The notes beneath the pieces were generated by a model. It was not told where the DNA came from and searched no databases. It saw nothing but the letters and a program-made list of their open reading frames with translations. From the NCBI GenBank assembly GCA_036679645.1, contig JAZDCY010000011.1, forward strand, positions 85,152 through 149,151: a DNA stretch of 64,000 nt. Direction: 5' to 3'. This document shows, piece after piece, positions 37,704-48,547 of this stretch. The position numbers and the translations under genes are program-made. This stretch comes from Gemmatimonadota bacterium. GTDB taxonomy: Bacteria; Gemmatimonadota; Gemmatimonadetes; Gemmatimonadales; GWC2-71-9. Numbering within the stretch: the stretch's first letter is position 1; each line of letters starts with the position of its first letter.

Positions 37704-39875
37704 ATGAGACGATTTCTTTTTGCGGCCGCCGCGGTCGCTATCACGGCCACGACGGCCCACGCGCAGCGACGCACCGATTCCATCCCGCGCGACACCGTCC
37801 GGCTGACACCCATTGTGGTGACGGCTACCCGGCGTGCGGTGGATGTCTTCAATGTCCCGGTCCCGGTGAGCGTGCTGGACCGCGCCACGATCCGGGAGCG
37901 GGTCCCGAATTCCGTGTCCGATCTCTTCCGGGGGCTACCTGGCCTCGACGTGAGCGGCATTGGGGCCAACCAGGTCCGCCCGGTCATTCGGGGCCAGCGC
38001 GGCGCGCGCATCCTGCTCCTGACGGACGGGATCCGCCTGAGCAACTCCCGGCGTCAGCAGGACTTTGGTGAGATACCGGCGCTGGTCGACATCTCGGCCG
38101 TCGAGCGGGTGGAAGTGGTACGCGGTCCGGCGTCCGTGCTCTATGGGAGTGATGCCATCGGCGGCGTCATCAACATCATCACGAATCGTTCGGCGCTTCC
38201 CGGCCTGCACGGGTCGGCCGGATACCGCTACAGCGGCCACGACGACCAGCAGCGCGTCGTGGGAAGCGTCGCCGGGAAGTTTGGTGACCTGACCGTCCGG
38301 GCTCGCGGCTCGTACCGCGACACCGATCCCTACAGCGCGCCGGCGGGCTCCTTCGGCAATATCACGCTGGCCAACGACGTTCGCGTCGAGGACTCGGGCG
38401 TCCAGGACGAGAGTTTCGACGGGTACCTGGGCTATGACCTCTCCTCAGGTCAAGACGTCTTCGTCAAGTACGAGCGGTACAGCGCCGACTCGGCCGGTTT
38501 CGGTTTTGTAGATCCGGCGGCGTTCTCGCCGGGTGATCCGCTCGTCCAGATCCGGTATCCAAGACAGCGGTTCGACAAGGTGACCGCCGGATACCGCGGG
38601 ATCGGCGTGACGCTGCCTTTTGCGGATCGCGTCGACGCGGTCGCGTATTGGCAGGACAACGACCGGCTTCTCAACTTCGATCTCCAGATCCCGACTGGCG
38701 GTGCGCCGGGGCCGGATAGCGTCGTCGTCAATCAACGGAACGTGACCAGCATCGAGACCGTGGGCGGACGACTCGAGTTCGCTAAGCTCATCGGCTCCGC
38801 CGTCACGCTGACCTACGGTGTGGATTTCTTTCGGGACGCCACGACGAATACCGACACCAGCATGTCGGCCACCTACTTCGCGGCGCCCCCGTTTCCCGGT
38901 GGTCCCACCGTGTTCGAGGATCCCACGGTCACGACTCCAAACGTTCCCAATGCGCGCTTCCGCTCAATCGGCGCTTTCGTTCAGAGTGAGATTGCGATTG
39001 CCCCCCGGGCCACTGTGATTCTCGGCGCCCGCTATCAGGACGTGAATGCGTCCACGCGCGAGACGCCCGGACTCACCGGACCGACGGTCAGTGCGACGGA
39101 CCGGACGGTTGTCGGCGCGGCGAACGTGATTGTTGGGCTGACCAATCGGGTGAGCGTGCTCGGATCGGTGGGTCGAGCCTTCCGCTCGCCGAACCTCATC
39201 GAGCGCTTCTTCAACGGGCCCATAGAAGGCCTGTTCCAGGTGCCGAACACCGACCTCGAGGCCGAGACGAGCTTCAACGTCGACTTGGGGCTGCGGTACC
39301 GCGATAGCCGATTCTATTTCGAAGGCTTCGTGTTCCAGAATCAGATCTTCGACGGCATTCGGAGCCAGGCAACGGGCGACACGGTCGCGACGCTCCCGGC
39401 CTTCACCAACGTGAACGTAGAAGAGCTGCGTGCCCGCGGCGTCGAGCTGAACGGCGATGTGCAGCTACCGCTTGGATTCGGTGTGGGTGCCCACTTCACG
39501 CACTTGGATACGCAGAACGTGACGGAAGACCAGAACAGCCCGATTGGCGATGGTTTCTCGACGCAGATCGGCGGATTCCTCCGGTATCGCGCCCCGTCGG
39601 GGCGGTTCTTTGGCGAGTACACGGTACGTCACAATGGGGAGCGGGACGATTCCGAGATCCTCTCTGGGAATCCCATTGGCACGACGCTTCCCGCGTTCAC
39701 CGTGCACTCGCTCCGGGCGGGTGTCACCGTGTTCCGTCGTGGAACCCACGCACATCGGGTCACCGTTGCCGTCCGCAACCTCACGAACGAGTTGTACGCT
39801 GAGTTCGCAAACGCGAGTTTCTTCCGGCCGGAGCCGGGACGGCATCTCGTTGTTGCCTACGACCTGACGTTCTAA
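37704..39875 (+). CDS. TonB-dependent receptor (heme/siderophore-like)
   Basis: IVVTATR TonB box, RVEVVRGPASVLYGSDAIGGVINIIT, AFRSPN, NTDLEAE, terminal Phe; ATG after GGAGG. Confidence 0.92.
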   Translation: MRRFLFAAAAVAITATTAHAQRRTDSIPRDTVRLTPIVVTATRRAVDVFNVPVPVSVLDRATIRERVPNSVSDLFRGLPGLDVSGIGANQVRPVIRGQRGARILLLTDGIRLSNSRRQQDFGEIPALVDISAVERVEVVRGPASVLYGSDAIGGVINIITNRSALPGLHGSAGYRYSGHDDQQRVVGSVAGKFGDLTVRARGSYRDTDPYSAPAGSFGNITLANDVRVEDSGVQDESFDGYLGYDLSSGQDVFVKYERYSADSAGFGFVDPAAFSPGDPLVQIRYPRQRFDKVTAGYRGIGVTLPFADRVDAVAYWQDNDRLLNFDLQIPTGGAPGPDSVVVNQRNVTSIETVGGRLEFAKLIGSAVTLTYGVDFFRDATTNTDTSMSATYFAAPPFPGGPTVFEDPTVTTPNVPNARFRSIGAFVQSEIAIAPRATVILGARYQDVNASTRETPGLTGPTVSATDRTVVGAANVIVGLTNRVSVLGSVGRAFRSPNLIERFFNGPIEGLFQVPNTDLEAETSFNVDLGLRYRDSRFYFEGFVFQNQIFDGIRSQATGDTVATLPAFTNVNVEELRARGVELNGDVQLPLGFGVGAHFTHLDTQNVTEDQNSPIGDGFSTQIGGFLRYRAPSGRFFGEYTVRHNGERDDSEILSGNPIGTTLPAFTVHSLRAGVTVFRRGTHAHRVTVAVRNLTNELYAEFANASFFRPEPGRHLVVAYDLTF

Positions 39876-39876
39876 C

Positions 39877-40590
39877 ATGCGCGAGCCCGTTCTCTTCATA
39901 CCAATTGCGACCACGTTCATAGCCCTCGTGTTCGCAGGCGTCATCTTCGCGCGCTACCGCGAGCGGCGTACCGGGGCTCACCTCCTGTGGTGGACATTTG
40001 GCATTCTCGCGTACGGGACGGGTACGTTCGTCGAGGCGGCGGTCACCCTCACCGGGTGGAACCTGGTGCTGTTCAAGGCCTGGTACGTCAGCGGGGCGCT
40101 GCTGGGCGGCGCGCCGCTGGCGCAGGGGACGGTCTACCTGCTGTTCTCGCGCCGCACCGCCAACCGTCTCACGGCGGTGCTCGTGCCGTTCTTCCTTGTC
40201 GCCGCGACCGCGGTGATCCTCTCGCCCGTGAACTACGCCCTCGTCGAGCCGTACCGGCTCACGGGATCCGTGATGGAATGGCACTGGGCACGCCTGTTCA
40301 GTCCGTTCATTAACACGTACGCCGCCACGTTCCTGATTGGCGGCGCGGTTGTGTCGGCCATGCGGTATCGTAGGTCAGCCGATACACATCACCGGTTCAT
40401 CGGGAACGTGCTTATCGCGATCGGGGCGCTGTTACCGGGTATCGGTGGGACGGCGACGCGGTTTGGCCATACGGAGGTTCTCTACGTCACGGAGTTCGTG
40501 GGGCTGCTGCTGATCTGGGCTGGGTATTGGTGGAACGTGAAGGTCCCGGTGCCCGCTCCGCCGCGAGAGCAGCTTGTGCCCGCCACTTGA
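39877..40590 (+). CDS. Uncharacterised ~7-TM membrane protein
   Basis: Hydrophobic helices; coupled to the receptor gene. Confidence 0.75.
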   Translation: MREPVLFIPIATTFIALVFAGVIFARYRERRTGAHLLWWTFGILAYGTGTFVEAAVTLTGWNLVLFKAWYVSGALLGGAPLAQGTVYLLFSRRTANRLTAVLVPFFLVAATAVILSPVNYALVEPYRLTGSVMEWHWARLFSPFINTYAATFLIGGAVVSAMRYRRSADTHHRFIGNVLIAIGALLPGIGGTATRFGHTEVLYVTEFVGLLLIWAGYWWNVKVPVPAPPREQLVPAT

Positions 40591-40595
40591 CCACG

Positions 40596-40623
40596 GTCGG
40601 CCTCGGCGCGCGCCGGGGCCGAC
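40596..40623 (+). terminator. GC-rich hairpin after receptor operon
   Basis: GTCGGCCTCGGC-GCGC-GCCGGGGCCGAC; weak U-tail. Confidence 0.4.
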
Positions 40624-40856
40624 GACCACCTTTCCGAGCGTCTGGCTTCGACTGATTCCTCCCCGGCGAACGTAGACTGGCCGCCCAGTCAGTTAATTGA
40701 CGACGGCCGAAGGCGGCAAGTGCTCGTTCAGAGGCTCAGCGGTGGTGAAGCAGGGAGGGAACCTTCTCGCCACTCGGGCTGATAATCAGATCATGCACGT
40801 GGCTCGACCCGGTTCGGGCCGTTGCCCCCAGACACCCGCTGTCCGAGGGAGGGTCG

Positions 40857-41936
40857 ATGCGCGCGCTGTCCGTCCTGTCCGTTCTGTCGTTGCTGTACGC
40901 CCCGTCAGTCTCCTCTGCCACACCGACCCCGACCGACACCGAGGAACCCTATTTGGCTATCCGGACGGGTCTCAAGTGTTCGGCCTGCCATACAAACATC
41001 ACCGGCGGCGGGAACCGATCCCAGTTCGGGTCGCTCTACGCCCAGACACAACTTCCCGCGCGTCCGGGGACGTTCGTTAGCAAAGCGGTAGCAGATTTCC
41101 TCAACGTTGGGTTCGATTTTCGGGTGGAGGGATCGGGCACCGTCGAGACATCCGACCCCCGCACGCGGCTCGGGCTGATTGAGGCCCAGGTCTATTTCGA
41201 GGCCCGGTTCCTCAACGGGCAGCTGACCCTGTACATCGATGAGACGGTTGGGCCCAACGCCGCGGTTTCCCGCGAAGCGTTCGCCCTGGTCCGTTCGGGT
41301 AGCGGCTACGCCAAGGCCGGTAAGTTCCTGCTGCCCTACGGTCTGCGCCTACCGGACGACGACGAGTTCATTCGCAGCATCACGGGGTTCTCGTACTTCA
41401 CGCCGGACCAGGGGATCGAGGTGGGGTTCGAGCCTGGCCCGCTCCAGTTCGCCGTCGCGCTGACGAACGGCGAGGTCGGGATGCAGGAGAGCAACAGCGG
41501 GAAACAGATCACGTCCAGCGCCGCACTCGTATTCCGCAATCTGCGGCTCGGCGGGTCCGCGTCACGCGACCACGACCCCGACGGGGTGCGGGATGTCGCG
41601 GGTGGGTTCGGTGGCCTGTCGTTGGGGCCCATCGTCCTCCTCGGCGAAGTCGATTACATCCGGGAAGATCCCGATGCCGGCGCCCAGGTCGAGCAGCTGG
41701 CCGCATATGTGGAAGCCAATATTCTGGCAGCCCGTGGCATAAATCTGAAGGCCACGTTTGGGTACTTCGATCCGGATCTCGAGTTCGACAGCGGCACCCA
41801 GAGACGCTCGCGGTTTGGGCTGGAGGTTTTCCCTGTCCCGTTCGTTCGTCTCGCCGGTTTCTATACGCTGCTGGACTTCGACCAGGGCGGTAACGACCGA
41901 GATCGCCTCAGCGTCGAAGCACATGTACATTTCTAG
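40857..41936 (+). CDS. Second monoheme cytochrome c-porin fusion
   Basis: Signal peptide, EPYLAIRTGLKCSACHTNITGGG, porin-like GKFLLPYGLR, terminal HVHF. Confidence 0.75.
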   Translation: MRALSVLSVLSLLYAPSVSSATPTPTDTEEPYLAIRTGLKCSACHTNITGGGNRSQFGSLYAQTQLPARPGTFVSKAVADFLNVGFDFRVEGSGTVETSDPRTRLGLIEAQVYFEARFLNGQLTLYIDETVGPNAAVSREAFALVRSGSGYAKAGKFLLPYGLRLPDDDEFIRSITGFSYFTPDQGIEVGFEPGPLQFAVALTNGEVGMQESNSGKQITSSAALVFRNLRLGGSASRDHDPDGVRDVAGGFGGLSLGPIVLLGEVDYIREDPDAGAQVEQLAAYVEANILAARGINLKATFGYFDPDLEFDSGTQRRSRFGLEVFPVPFVRLAGFYTLLDFDQGGNDRDRLSVEAHVHF

Positions 41937-41954
41937 GGTCCTTGCAGAGAAGTT

Positions 41955-44270
41955 GTGCCAGAGTTCTCACGTCGTGATCCCGTCATCTTCGATCGACTGG
42001 TTGAGCATTCCCTGGACATGGTCCTCGTGCTCGATGCAGCCGAGACGATCCTATACGCCACCCCGGCGTTGGAGCGGGTCCTCGGGTATGCCCCGGAAGA
42101 ACTAATCGGCGCGAACACGCTCGAGTTCGTCCATGCGGATGACGTCGAGCGCGTCGCGCGGTTCCTGGCCGTACAGATGGCAACGCCGGGTATCGCGCCG
42201 CCGATTGAGATGCGGTTCCGGGAAGCCCAGGGTGGGTACAGACTCCTAGAGGTCGTAGGTAACAACCTCATGGGTGACCCCCGCGTGGGGGCCCTCGTAC
42301 TGAATGCTCGGGACATCACGGAATGGGACGCGACACGGCGCGCGCTGCGAGAGAGCGAGCAGCGCTATCGCGCGTTCGTCGAGCGAAGCAGCGAGGGCAT
42401 TTTCCGCTTCGAGCTGGAACCGCCTGTGCCTACCTCGCTTCCGATTGACGATCAGATCACGCAGTGGTATGAGTGCGCCCGGCTCGCCGAGGGGAATACG
42501 GCGCTCGCGCGGATGCTGGGGCGTGAGGCAGCGACAGACGTGATCGGCATGCGGCTCGCCGATATGCTGCCTCCGGACGATCCGGCCAGTTGGCAGTTCT
42601 TGCGGACGTTTGCGAGTGCGGGCTTCCACGTCACCGACGCGCAGACCCGTGAGCGCAACGGCGACGGGTCGGAACGGTGGTACCGCAACAACCTGCTCGG
42701 CGTCACCGATCACGGCCTGATGGTCCGCATGTGGGGCCTCAAGCGGGATGTCACGCACCACGAGGTCGCGGACGAGCTCGTGCAGCAGTCGGAATCGCGT
42801 CTCCGTCGCATGCTGCAGCAGGCCCCCGCCATACTCTGGACCACGGACGCGTCCCTGCGCTTTACATCGGCGACGGGGAGCGGACTGAGCGCTCTGGGTG
42901 TGGAGCCTCAGGACCTCGTTGGGGTTCCAATTGGCGACCGTTTCCGGGCTATCGACCGTCAGCTAGATGTCCTCGAGGCACATCGGGCGGCGCTGCGCGG
43001 CGAGTCACGCCAGTATGAGGCAGAGTGGGCCGGTCGCTCGTTTTGCGTGCATGTCCAGCCACTGCGCGGCGAGGACGGCGCGGTGACCGGGACGATCGGC
43101 GTGGCGCTGGACATTACCGGGCAGCGCCGCCTGGAGCAGCTGTCGGTCCAGTCGCAGAAGATGGATGCGGTGGGACAGCTGACGGGAGGCATCGCGCACG
43201 ACTTCAACAATCTGCTCACGGTCATCCTGACAAACGCCGAGTTGCTCGCCGCAGACCTTCCCCAGAACGCACCGGAGGCGGCGTCCGATCTCGGGGAGAT
43301 TCGCGGCGCCGCGCAGCGTGGCAGCGAGATCGTCAAGAAACTGTTGGGGTTTGGGCGACGTGAGATGCTCTCGCTGCGCGCGCATCGGGTGAATGACATC
43401 CTTGAACGCGGAGGAGAGACCATCCGGCAACTCCTTCCGCCAGGCATCACGGTCGAGATGGAAGCCGCCGATCCCGGTCTGATCGTCCATGCCGATGCCA
43501 CTGCTGTGGAACAAATGCTTGTAAACCTCGTGACGAACGCGCGAGACGCGATGCCCAATGGCGGCACGGTCACGATAAGTGCGAGGAGTCTGGCGTCCGC
43601 CGGCCACGCGGCTGCGGTTGTGGAGATCGCGGTGGCGGATTCGGGTGTTGGGATGACGCAGGACGTGCTCGAACACGCTTTTGAACCGTTCTTCACAACG
43701 AAAGCGCCGGGCGAGGGAAGCGGGCTCGGTCTGGCCATGATCTATGGCCTCGTGAAACAACACGGAGGTACGGTCGAACTCCGGAGCGAGCCTGGCGCCG
43801 GTACCACGGCATTCCTGCGGCTGCCGCTCATGCATGCCGGTGCGGTCGTCTCCGAGAACGGTGCGGACCGCGGGCCACAGCACTCCAACGGTGGGGCGGG
43901 CACGGTTCTCGTGGCCGAGGACGAAACGGCCATCCGCGCGGCGGCGCGCCGACTGCTCGAAGGAAACGGCTATCGCGTTATCGAAGCAGCCGATGGTGCC
44001 GAAGCGCTGGAACAGTTCCAGGCGCACGAGCAGGATGTCAGTCTGATCATCTGTGACGTCGTGATGCCGCGTCTCGGCGGGCCCGAGGTACTCGACGCGT
44101 TGCGACGGAGGGGGAAATCGGTGCCGTTTCTCTTCATGAGCGGGCACAGCGGTCGCGGCGGTGCCGCGGCGGACGCCGTTGAGCCGGGCATACCCTTCCT
44201 ACACAAGCCCTGGACCGCTACCGAGTTGCTCGGACTCGTCCGCCGCCTGGTCGACGTAGACCCCACCTGA
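41955..44270 (+). CDS. Cytoplasmic hybrid PAS histidine kinase/receiver
   Basis: Three PAS domains, QKMDAVGQLTGGIAHDFNN, NARDAM, receiver DVVMP. Confidence 0.92.
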   Translation: MPEFSRRDPVIFDRLVEHSLDMVLVLDAAETILYATPALERVLGYAPEELIGANTLEFVHADDVERVARFLAVQMATPGIAPPIEMRFREAQGGYRLLEVVGNNLMGDPRVGALVLNARDITEWDATRRALRESEQRYRAFVERSSEGIFRFELEPPVPTSLPIDDQITQWYECARLAEGNTALARMLGREAATDVIGMRLADMLPPDDPASWQFLRTFASAGFHVTDAQTRERNGDGSERWYRNNLLGVTDHGLMVRMWGLKRDVTHHEVADELVQQSESRLRRMLQQAPAILWTTDASLRFTSATGSGLSALGVEPQDLVGVPIGDRFRAIDRQLDVLEAHRAALRGESRQYEAEWAGRSFCVHVQPLRGEDGAVTGTIGVALDITGQRRLEQLSVQSQKMDAVGQLTGGIAHDFNNLLTVILTNAELLAADLPQNAPEAASDLGEIRGAAQRGSEIVKKLLGFGRREMLSLRAHRVNDILERGGETIRQLLPPGITVEMEAADPGLIVHADATAVEQMLVNLVTNARDAMPNGGTVTISARSLASAGHAAAVVEIAVADSGVGMTQDVLEHAFEPFFTTKAPGEGSGLGLAMIYGLVKQHGGTVELRSEPGAGTTAFLRLPLMHAGAVVSENGADRGPQHSNGGAGTVLVAEDETAIRAAARRLLEGNGYRVIEAADGAEALEQFQAHEQDVSLIICDVVMPRLGGPEVLDALRRRGKSVPFLFMSGHSGRGGAAADAVEPGIPFLHKPWTATELLGLVRRLVDVDPT

Positions 44271-44350
44271 AACCATCGCGGACGCGGTCCGGCGATGGAA
44301 TCCGCTGCTAAGTGCGTGCAAAATCCGACCCCTGAAAGGAACACGAATTC

Positions 44351-45979
44351 ATGAGTGGTGACTTCCAGATCCCGTTCCCTGTGAACGAGCCGGTTTTGTC
44401 GTACGCGCCGGGAGCGCCCGAGCGCGACGAACTGAAGCGCAAGATCGATGAGATGACGTCGACCCAGATCGAGATCCCGTTGATCATCGGTGGGAAAGAG
44501 GTCAAGACGGGCGATTGCAAACAGTCGATTATTCCGCACCGCCATGGGCACGTGCTGGCGACGTGGCACCGGGCTGGCAGCGCCGAGATCAAGCAGGCGA
44601 TCGCGGCAGCCGCGGAGGCGCATCGGGAGTGGGCGAGTTGGGCTTGGGAAGATCGTGCGGCGGTCTTTCTCAAGGCGGCGGACCTTCTGGCCACCACCTG
44701 GCGGCAGACGTTGAACGCCTCAACGATGCTGTGCCAGAGCAAGACCCCGCACCAGGCCGAGATCGATGCGGCGTGCGAGTTGATCGATTTCTATCGGTTC
44801 AACGCCCACTTCGCGGAGCGGCTCTACGAAGAACAGCCCATCTCCGCACCCGGTATCTGGAACCGGGTCGAGTACCGGCCGCTCGAAGGGTTCGTGCTTG
44901 CCATCACCCCGTTCAACTTCACCTCGATCGGCGGCAACCTGCCCGTCGCTCCGGCAATGATGGGCAACACGGTGATCTGGAAACCCGCATCAACAGCGGT
45001 CTTCAGTAGCTACTACATCTTCCGCATGCTCGAAGCCGCCGGGATGCCACCCGGCACGATCAACTTCGTTCCCGGCAAGTCCGCGGAGATCTCGGACACG
45101 GCGCTGCGGGACCGCGCGTTTGCCGGCATCCACTTCACGGGCTCGACCGAGGTGTTCCAGCATCTGTGGCGCACGGCGGGAGCGAATATCGCCAATTACG
45201 CGACCTATCCGCGCCTCGTCGGCGAAACGGGCGGGAAGGACTTCATCATTGCCCATCCCTCGGCCGATCCTGCGGCACTCCGGACGGCAATCGTGCGCGG
45301 AGGTTATGAGTACCAGGGTCAGAAGTGTAGTGCTGTCTCACGAGTGTACGTCCCCGACTCGATATGGCGCGAGATGAAAGACGATCTGCTCCAGGAAATC
45401 CGGGGGCTCGCCATGGGGGACGTCGCCGATTTTCGGACCTTTATGGGGGCGGTCATCGACCAGTCCGCCTTCGACAGCATCTCGGCGTATATCGACAACG
45501 CCAAGGCGTCGCCCGATGCCGATATCCTCGTTGGCGGCGGTACCGACGACGGCGAAGGGTACTTCATCGAGCCAACCCTCATCGAGGCGCGGACCCCCGA
45601 CTACGTCACCATGTGCGACGAGATCTTCGGTCCGGTCGTAACGGTTCACGTCTATTCGGACGCCCAATGGCACGAAACGCTCCGGCTGGTAGATACGACC
45701 TCACCGTATGCGCTTACCGGTGCCGTATTCGCGGCCGATCGCCGCGCCGTCCGTGAAGCAACTGACGCGCTGCGCTACGCGGCGGGCAACTTCTACATCA
45801 ACGACAAGCCGACGGGCGCCGTGGTGGGTCAGCAGCCCTTTGGCGGGGCTCGTGCGAGTGGCACCAACGACAAAGCCGGCTCTGGGCTCAACCTCGTCCG
45901 GTGGGTCTCGGCGCGCTCGTTGAAGGAGACTTTCGTCCCAGCGACCGACTACCCGTATCCCCATATGGCCGCCAAGTGA
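44351..45979 (+). CDS. pruA: 1-pyrroline-5-carboxylate dehydrogenase
   Basis: QAEIDAACE, TPFNFT, FTGST, GETGGK, EYQGQKCSA, QQPFGGARASGTNDK. Confidence 0.93.
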   Translation: MSGDFQIPFPVNEPVLSYAPGAPERDELKRKIDEMTSTQIEIPLIIGGKEVKTGDCKQSIIPHRHGHVLATWHRAGSAEIKQAIAAAAEAHREWASWAWEDRAAVFLKAADLLATTWRQTLNASTMLCQSKTPHQAEIDAACELIDFYRFNAHFAERLYEEQPISAPGIWNRVEYRPLEGFVLAITPFNFTSIGGNLPVAPAMMGNTVIWKPASTAVFSSYYIFRMLEAAGMPPGTINFVPGKSAEISDTALRDRAFAGIHFTGSTEVFQHLWRTAGANIANYATYPRLVGETGGKDFIIAHPSADPAALRTAIVRGGYEYQGQKCSAVSRVYVPDSIWREMKDDLLQEIRGLAMGDVADFRTFMGAVIDQSAFDSISAYIDNAKASPDADILVGGGTDDGEGYFIEPTLIEARTPDYVTMCDEIFGPVVTVHVYSDAQWHETLRLVDTTSPYALTGAVFAADRRAVREATDALRYAAGNFYINDKPTGAVVGQQPFGGARASGTNDKAGSGLNLVRWVSARSLKETFVPATDYPYPHMAAK

Positions 45980-46061
45980 GGAGGCTCCAGCAAGGAAAGG
46001 CTTGACACTCAAAACGGAGCATCACATCCTGCGTTCGGTGCCCAACACTCCGTTGCACACC

Positions 46062-47255
46062 ATGCGGCCCGGCCGCCCCACGAGTGCACCCGCGCTCGCG
46101 ACGGCTGGGCTTCTCCTCATCGCCGCTTTGGGCTGCGAACCAGGCTCCGTCACCGAAGCCCGAAATCAGCTCAATCGGGGCGGTGAGCGCATCTTTTCGC
46201 TGATCCTCCCTGTAACGATCGACTCGGCCGTGGTCGACGACTTTCTCGAAGGCGTGAACGACACCGTCGTGAATGGCGTACTCGGTGTCCCAATCGATCA
46301 GCAGAGCCTGAGTGTTCCGGTCATCCCCTCCTTCCTGGCCTCCAACCCCGTTCCGGTCACCGCTGTCGATTTCGCGGAATTCGAGGACGCGGTTCGCGAC
46401 GCGACCATCGCGTCGTCACCCGCACGCCTGCGATTCACGAATCTGAACGGCCAGGTGGCCACGCTGTCGAATGTCGTCATCGGTGTCGTCGCGCTCAATC
46501 CGGACGGGTCGATCCCCGTGGATGGGACCGGCGCCCCCGTCTACGACACTACTGGAGCCGGCGTGCCGCGCACGCTGGGCGTCTCGGATCCCGGCAGCGC
46601 CGTCATCACGGTTGCCGTCGGCGCTACGAGTACCATCGACGTTGAAGCGGCCATCATCGTCGATGGGGTAGTCGATCTGATCCTGAATGGGAACAGACCG
46701 GCCGTGGTGGTGAGCGGGGACGGGGCGGGCCCGCTGGGTGGGTTCCTTTCGGTGACCATCGATATGGTGGCGTTGTTCGATTTCTTCCTCCCGCCGGAGG
46801 GAGTGGTCCTCAACTCGAATACCACGCAAGCCGGCGCGGAGCTGGATACCGGCGACGCGGATCAGGTGGCAGATCGGGTCTCGCTCGCGTCGTTCATTGC
46901 GGTGGCCACCAATCGGACAGCGTTCAGGGTTGACGTAGAGATTGCGATTGCGGAGGGCGACTTCGGCGAGACGGACGTGTTCGGTGTCCCTGGCAGTGTC
47001 GTTATCTCGAGTTTCTCGCTCGATGCCGGTACAGTCGATGTTACCGGGGTCTTGACGGCCCCGATCGTCGACACGGTGACGATTGCGCTCACCGGAGCGC
47101 AAACCCGCCCGCTGCTGGGCGACCTGTTCACGGCCAGCACGCGTATCACCCTGCTTCCCGTATCGGCAAACGGGCGTGCGGTTATCCGGCCGACGGATGT
47201 CGTGACATTCAACGCCCGCGCCGCGCTCACGATCGTGACGGGAGAGAAGCAATGA
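46062..47255 (+). CDS. Beta-rich lipoprotein, hypothetical
   Basis: Lipobox ALGC; start uncertain (46002 or 46062). Confidence 0.7.
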   Translation: MRPGRPTSAPALATAGLLLIAALGCEPGSVTEARNQLNRGGERIFSLILPVTIDSAVVDDFLEGVNDTVVNGVLGVPIDQQSLSVPVIPSFLASNPVPVTAVDFAEFEDAVRDATIASSPARLRFTNLNGQVATLSNVVIGVVALNPDGSIPVDGTGAPVYDTTGAGVPRTLGVSDPGSAVITVAVGATSTIDVEAAIIVDGVVDLILNGNRPAVVVSGDGAGPLGGFLSVTIDMVALFDFFLPPEGVVLNSNTTQAGAELDTGDADQVADRVSLASFIAVATNRTAFRVDVEIAIAEGDFGETDVFGVPGSVVISSFSLDAGTVDVTGVLTAPIVDTVTIALTGAQTRPLLGDLFTASTRITLLPVSANGRAVIRPTDVVTFNARAALTIVTGEKQ

Positions 47256-48547
47256 GGCGCGCCGTCGGCATAGCACTGCTGGCCGGGGTGCTCCATACCG
47301 GAGCATTGGCGGGCCAGGCGGTCCCCCAGGGATCTCAGGCCGACCGTGTCGATCTGGGGTATCGTCGGACCCCGACCCTGCGGTTCGATCCGTTTCGCCA
47401 TCTCATGATCCCCCATTGGGGATTCGTCATGTCCTTCGGGGCGCGCGGGGCGAACACCGCGCTGAACCTGAGTGACCTCGGGGCCCTGCTCAAGATCGAC
47501 AGCGACGATGAACTCCTGGCAGGTGATGCGATCGACGTACTCGGTCTCATTCCCCGTGGCACCGGACTGGCATTCTCGGCGCAGGGGGAGGGAGGCTTCT
47601 ACCTCGGCGGACCCCTTCCCGGCGGCCTCGCCATCGGGTTCTCCGTGCAAGCTCGCGGATTCGGCGCGGCGCAGTTCGACGACGATGCCGTCGCCCTGCT
47701 GCGAGACGGCAACGGGGCGCGCCAAGAGTTCTCGTTGGGTGACTCGCGGGGTTCCGGCCTCGCCTCGGCCGACTACGGTGCCCATCTCCTGCTCCGCCTG
47801 GGACCGGTCTACTCCGTCGACGGTCCGCGCATCACCTTGGGGGCCGGTGCGCGGATCGTCCGGCCAGTAGCCTTCGCGCGCGCCCGGTCGTTGCTGGACA
47901 ACGGTGGTCGCGTGCTGGTGACGGGAGACAGCCTCGTCGCGAACATCCAGATACAGTCCTTGCACACACCCATCGACGGGTTCGATGCGGGCACGGCCTT
48001 CGGTGACCGAGGATCAGGACTAGCGGCCGATTTCCTGGTCCGTCTCGAGTGGCCCACCAACGGGATCGCGCTGGAGGCAATGGTCGCCAATCTCGGAAGC
48101 GTCACGATCGATGGCGTCGAGCGTCGCACGGCAAACATCAGCGTCGCGACAACACTGCTAGACAGTCTCATCAACGTGCTCGACACAGCCGATCTGGCCA
48201 TACAGGACACGCTGACGCTGGACCTCACCTTGCCGCGCGTCGTGCGGTTCTCCGCCAGCGCGTGGGCCAACTCAATTCTACAGGTCGACGTGGCCGCCAC
48301 CCTGCCCACCGGCGGCGAGTTCCCGGCACCTCTCGCGGTCGATATCGGGACCACCTGGCGGTTCATCCGGACGTTGCCGCTCCGGGCGGGCGTGATCCTC
48401 GGCGACAATCAGGGCGTGGGGTTTTCCGGCGGGTTTGCGATCGAGGGCCGAGTGCTGTTTCTGCAGGTTTCGGGGCAGTCCCTGGGCGGGTTGTTCAAGC
48501 ACGCGACGGGCGCGGGCGGACGGTTTGAGTTGGGGCTTTTCTTCTAG
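47252..48547 (+). CDS. Outer-membrane beta-barrel (DUF5723/TraF-like)
   Basis: Signal peptide, GSGLAADF, LPLRAG, terminal GLFF. Confidence 0.65.
   Translation: MRRAVGIALLAGVLHTGALAGQAVPQGSQADRVDLGYRRTPTLRFDPFRHLMIPHWGFVMSFGARGANTALNLSDLGALLKIDSDDELLAGDAIDVLGLIPRGTGLAFSAQGEGGFYLGGPLPGGLAIGFSVQARGFGAAQFDDDAVALLRDGNGARQEFSLGDSRGSGLASADYGAHLLLRLGPVYSVDGPRITLGAGARIVRPVAFARARSLLDNGGRVLVTGDSLVANIQIQSLHTPIDGFDAGTAFGDRGSGLAADFLVRLEWPTNGIALEAMVANLGSVTIDGVERRTANISVATTLLDSLINVLDTADLAIQDTLTLDLTLPRVVRFSASAWANSILQVDVAATLPTGGEFPAPLAVDIGTTWRFIRTLPLRAGVILGDNQGVGFSGGFAIEGRVLFLQVSGQSLGGLFKHATGAGGRFELGLFF

Noticed and set aside
40660..40850. Glycine- or SAM-riboswitch-like words (CCGAAGG..GCAA..CTCAG) upstream of the second porin
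   Set aside because: GGAGA and other core elements missing; cannot be supported without a covariance model
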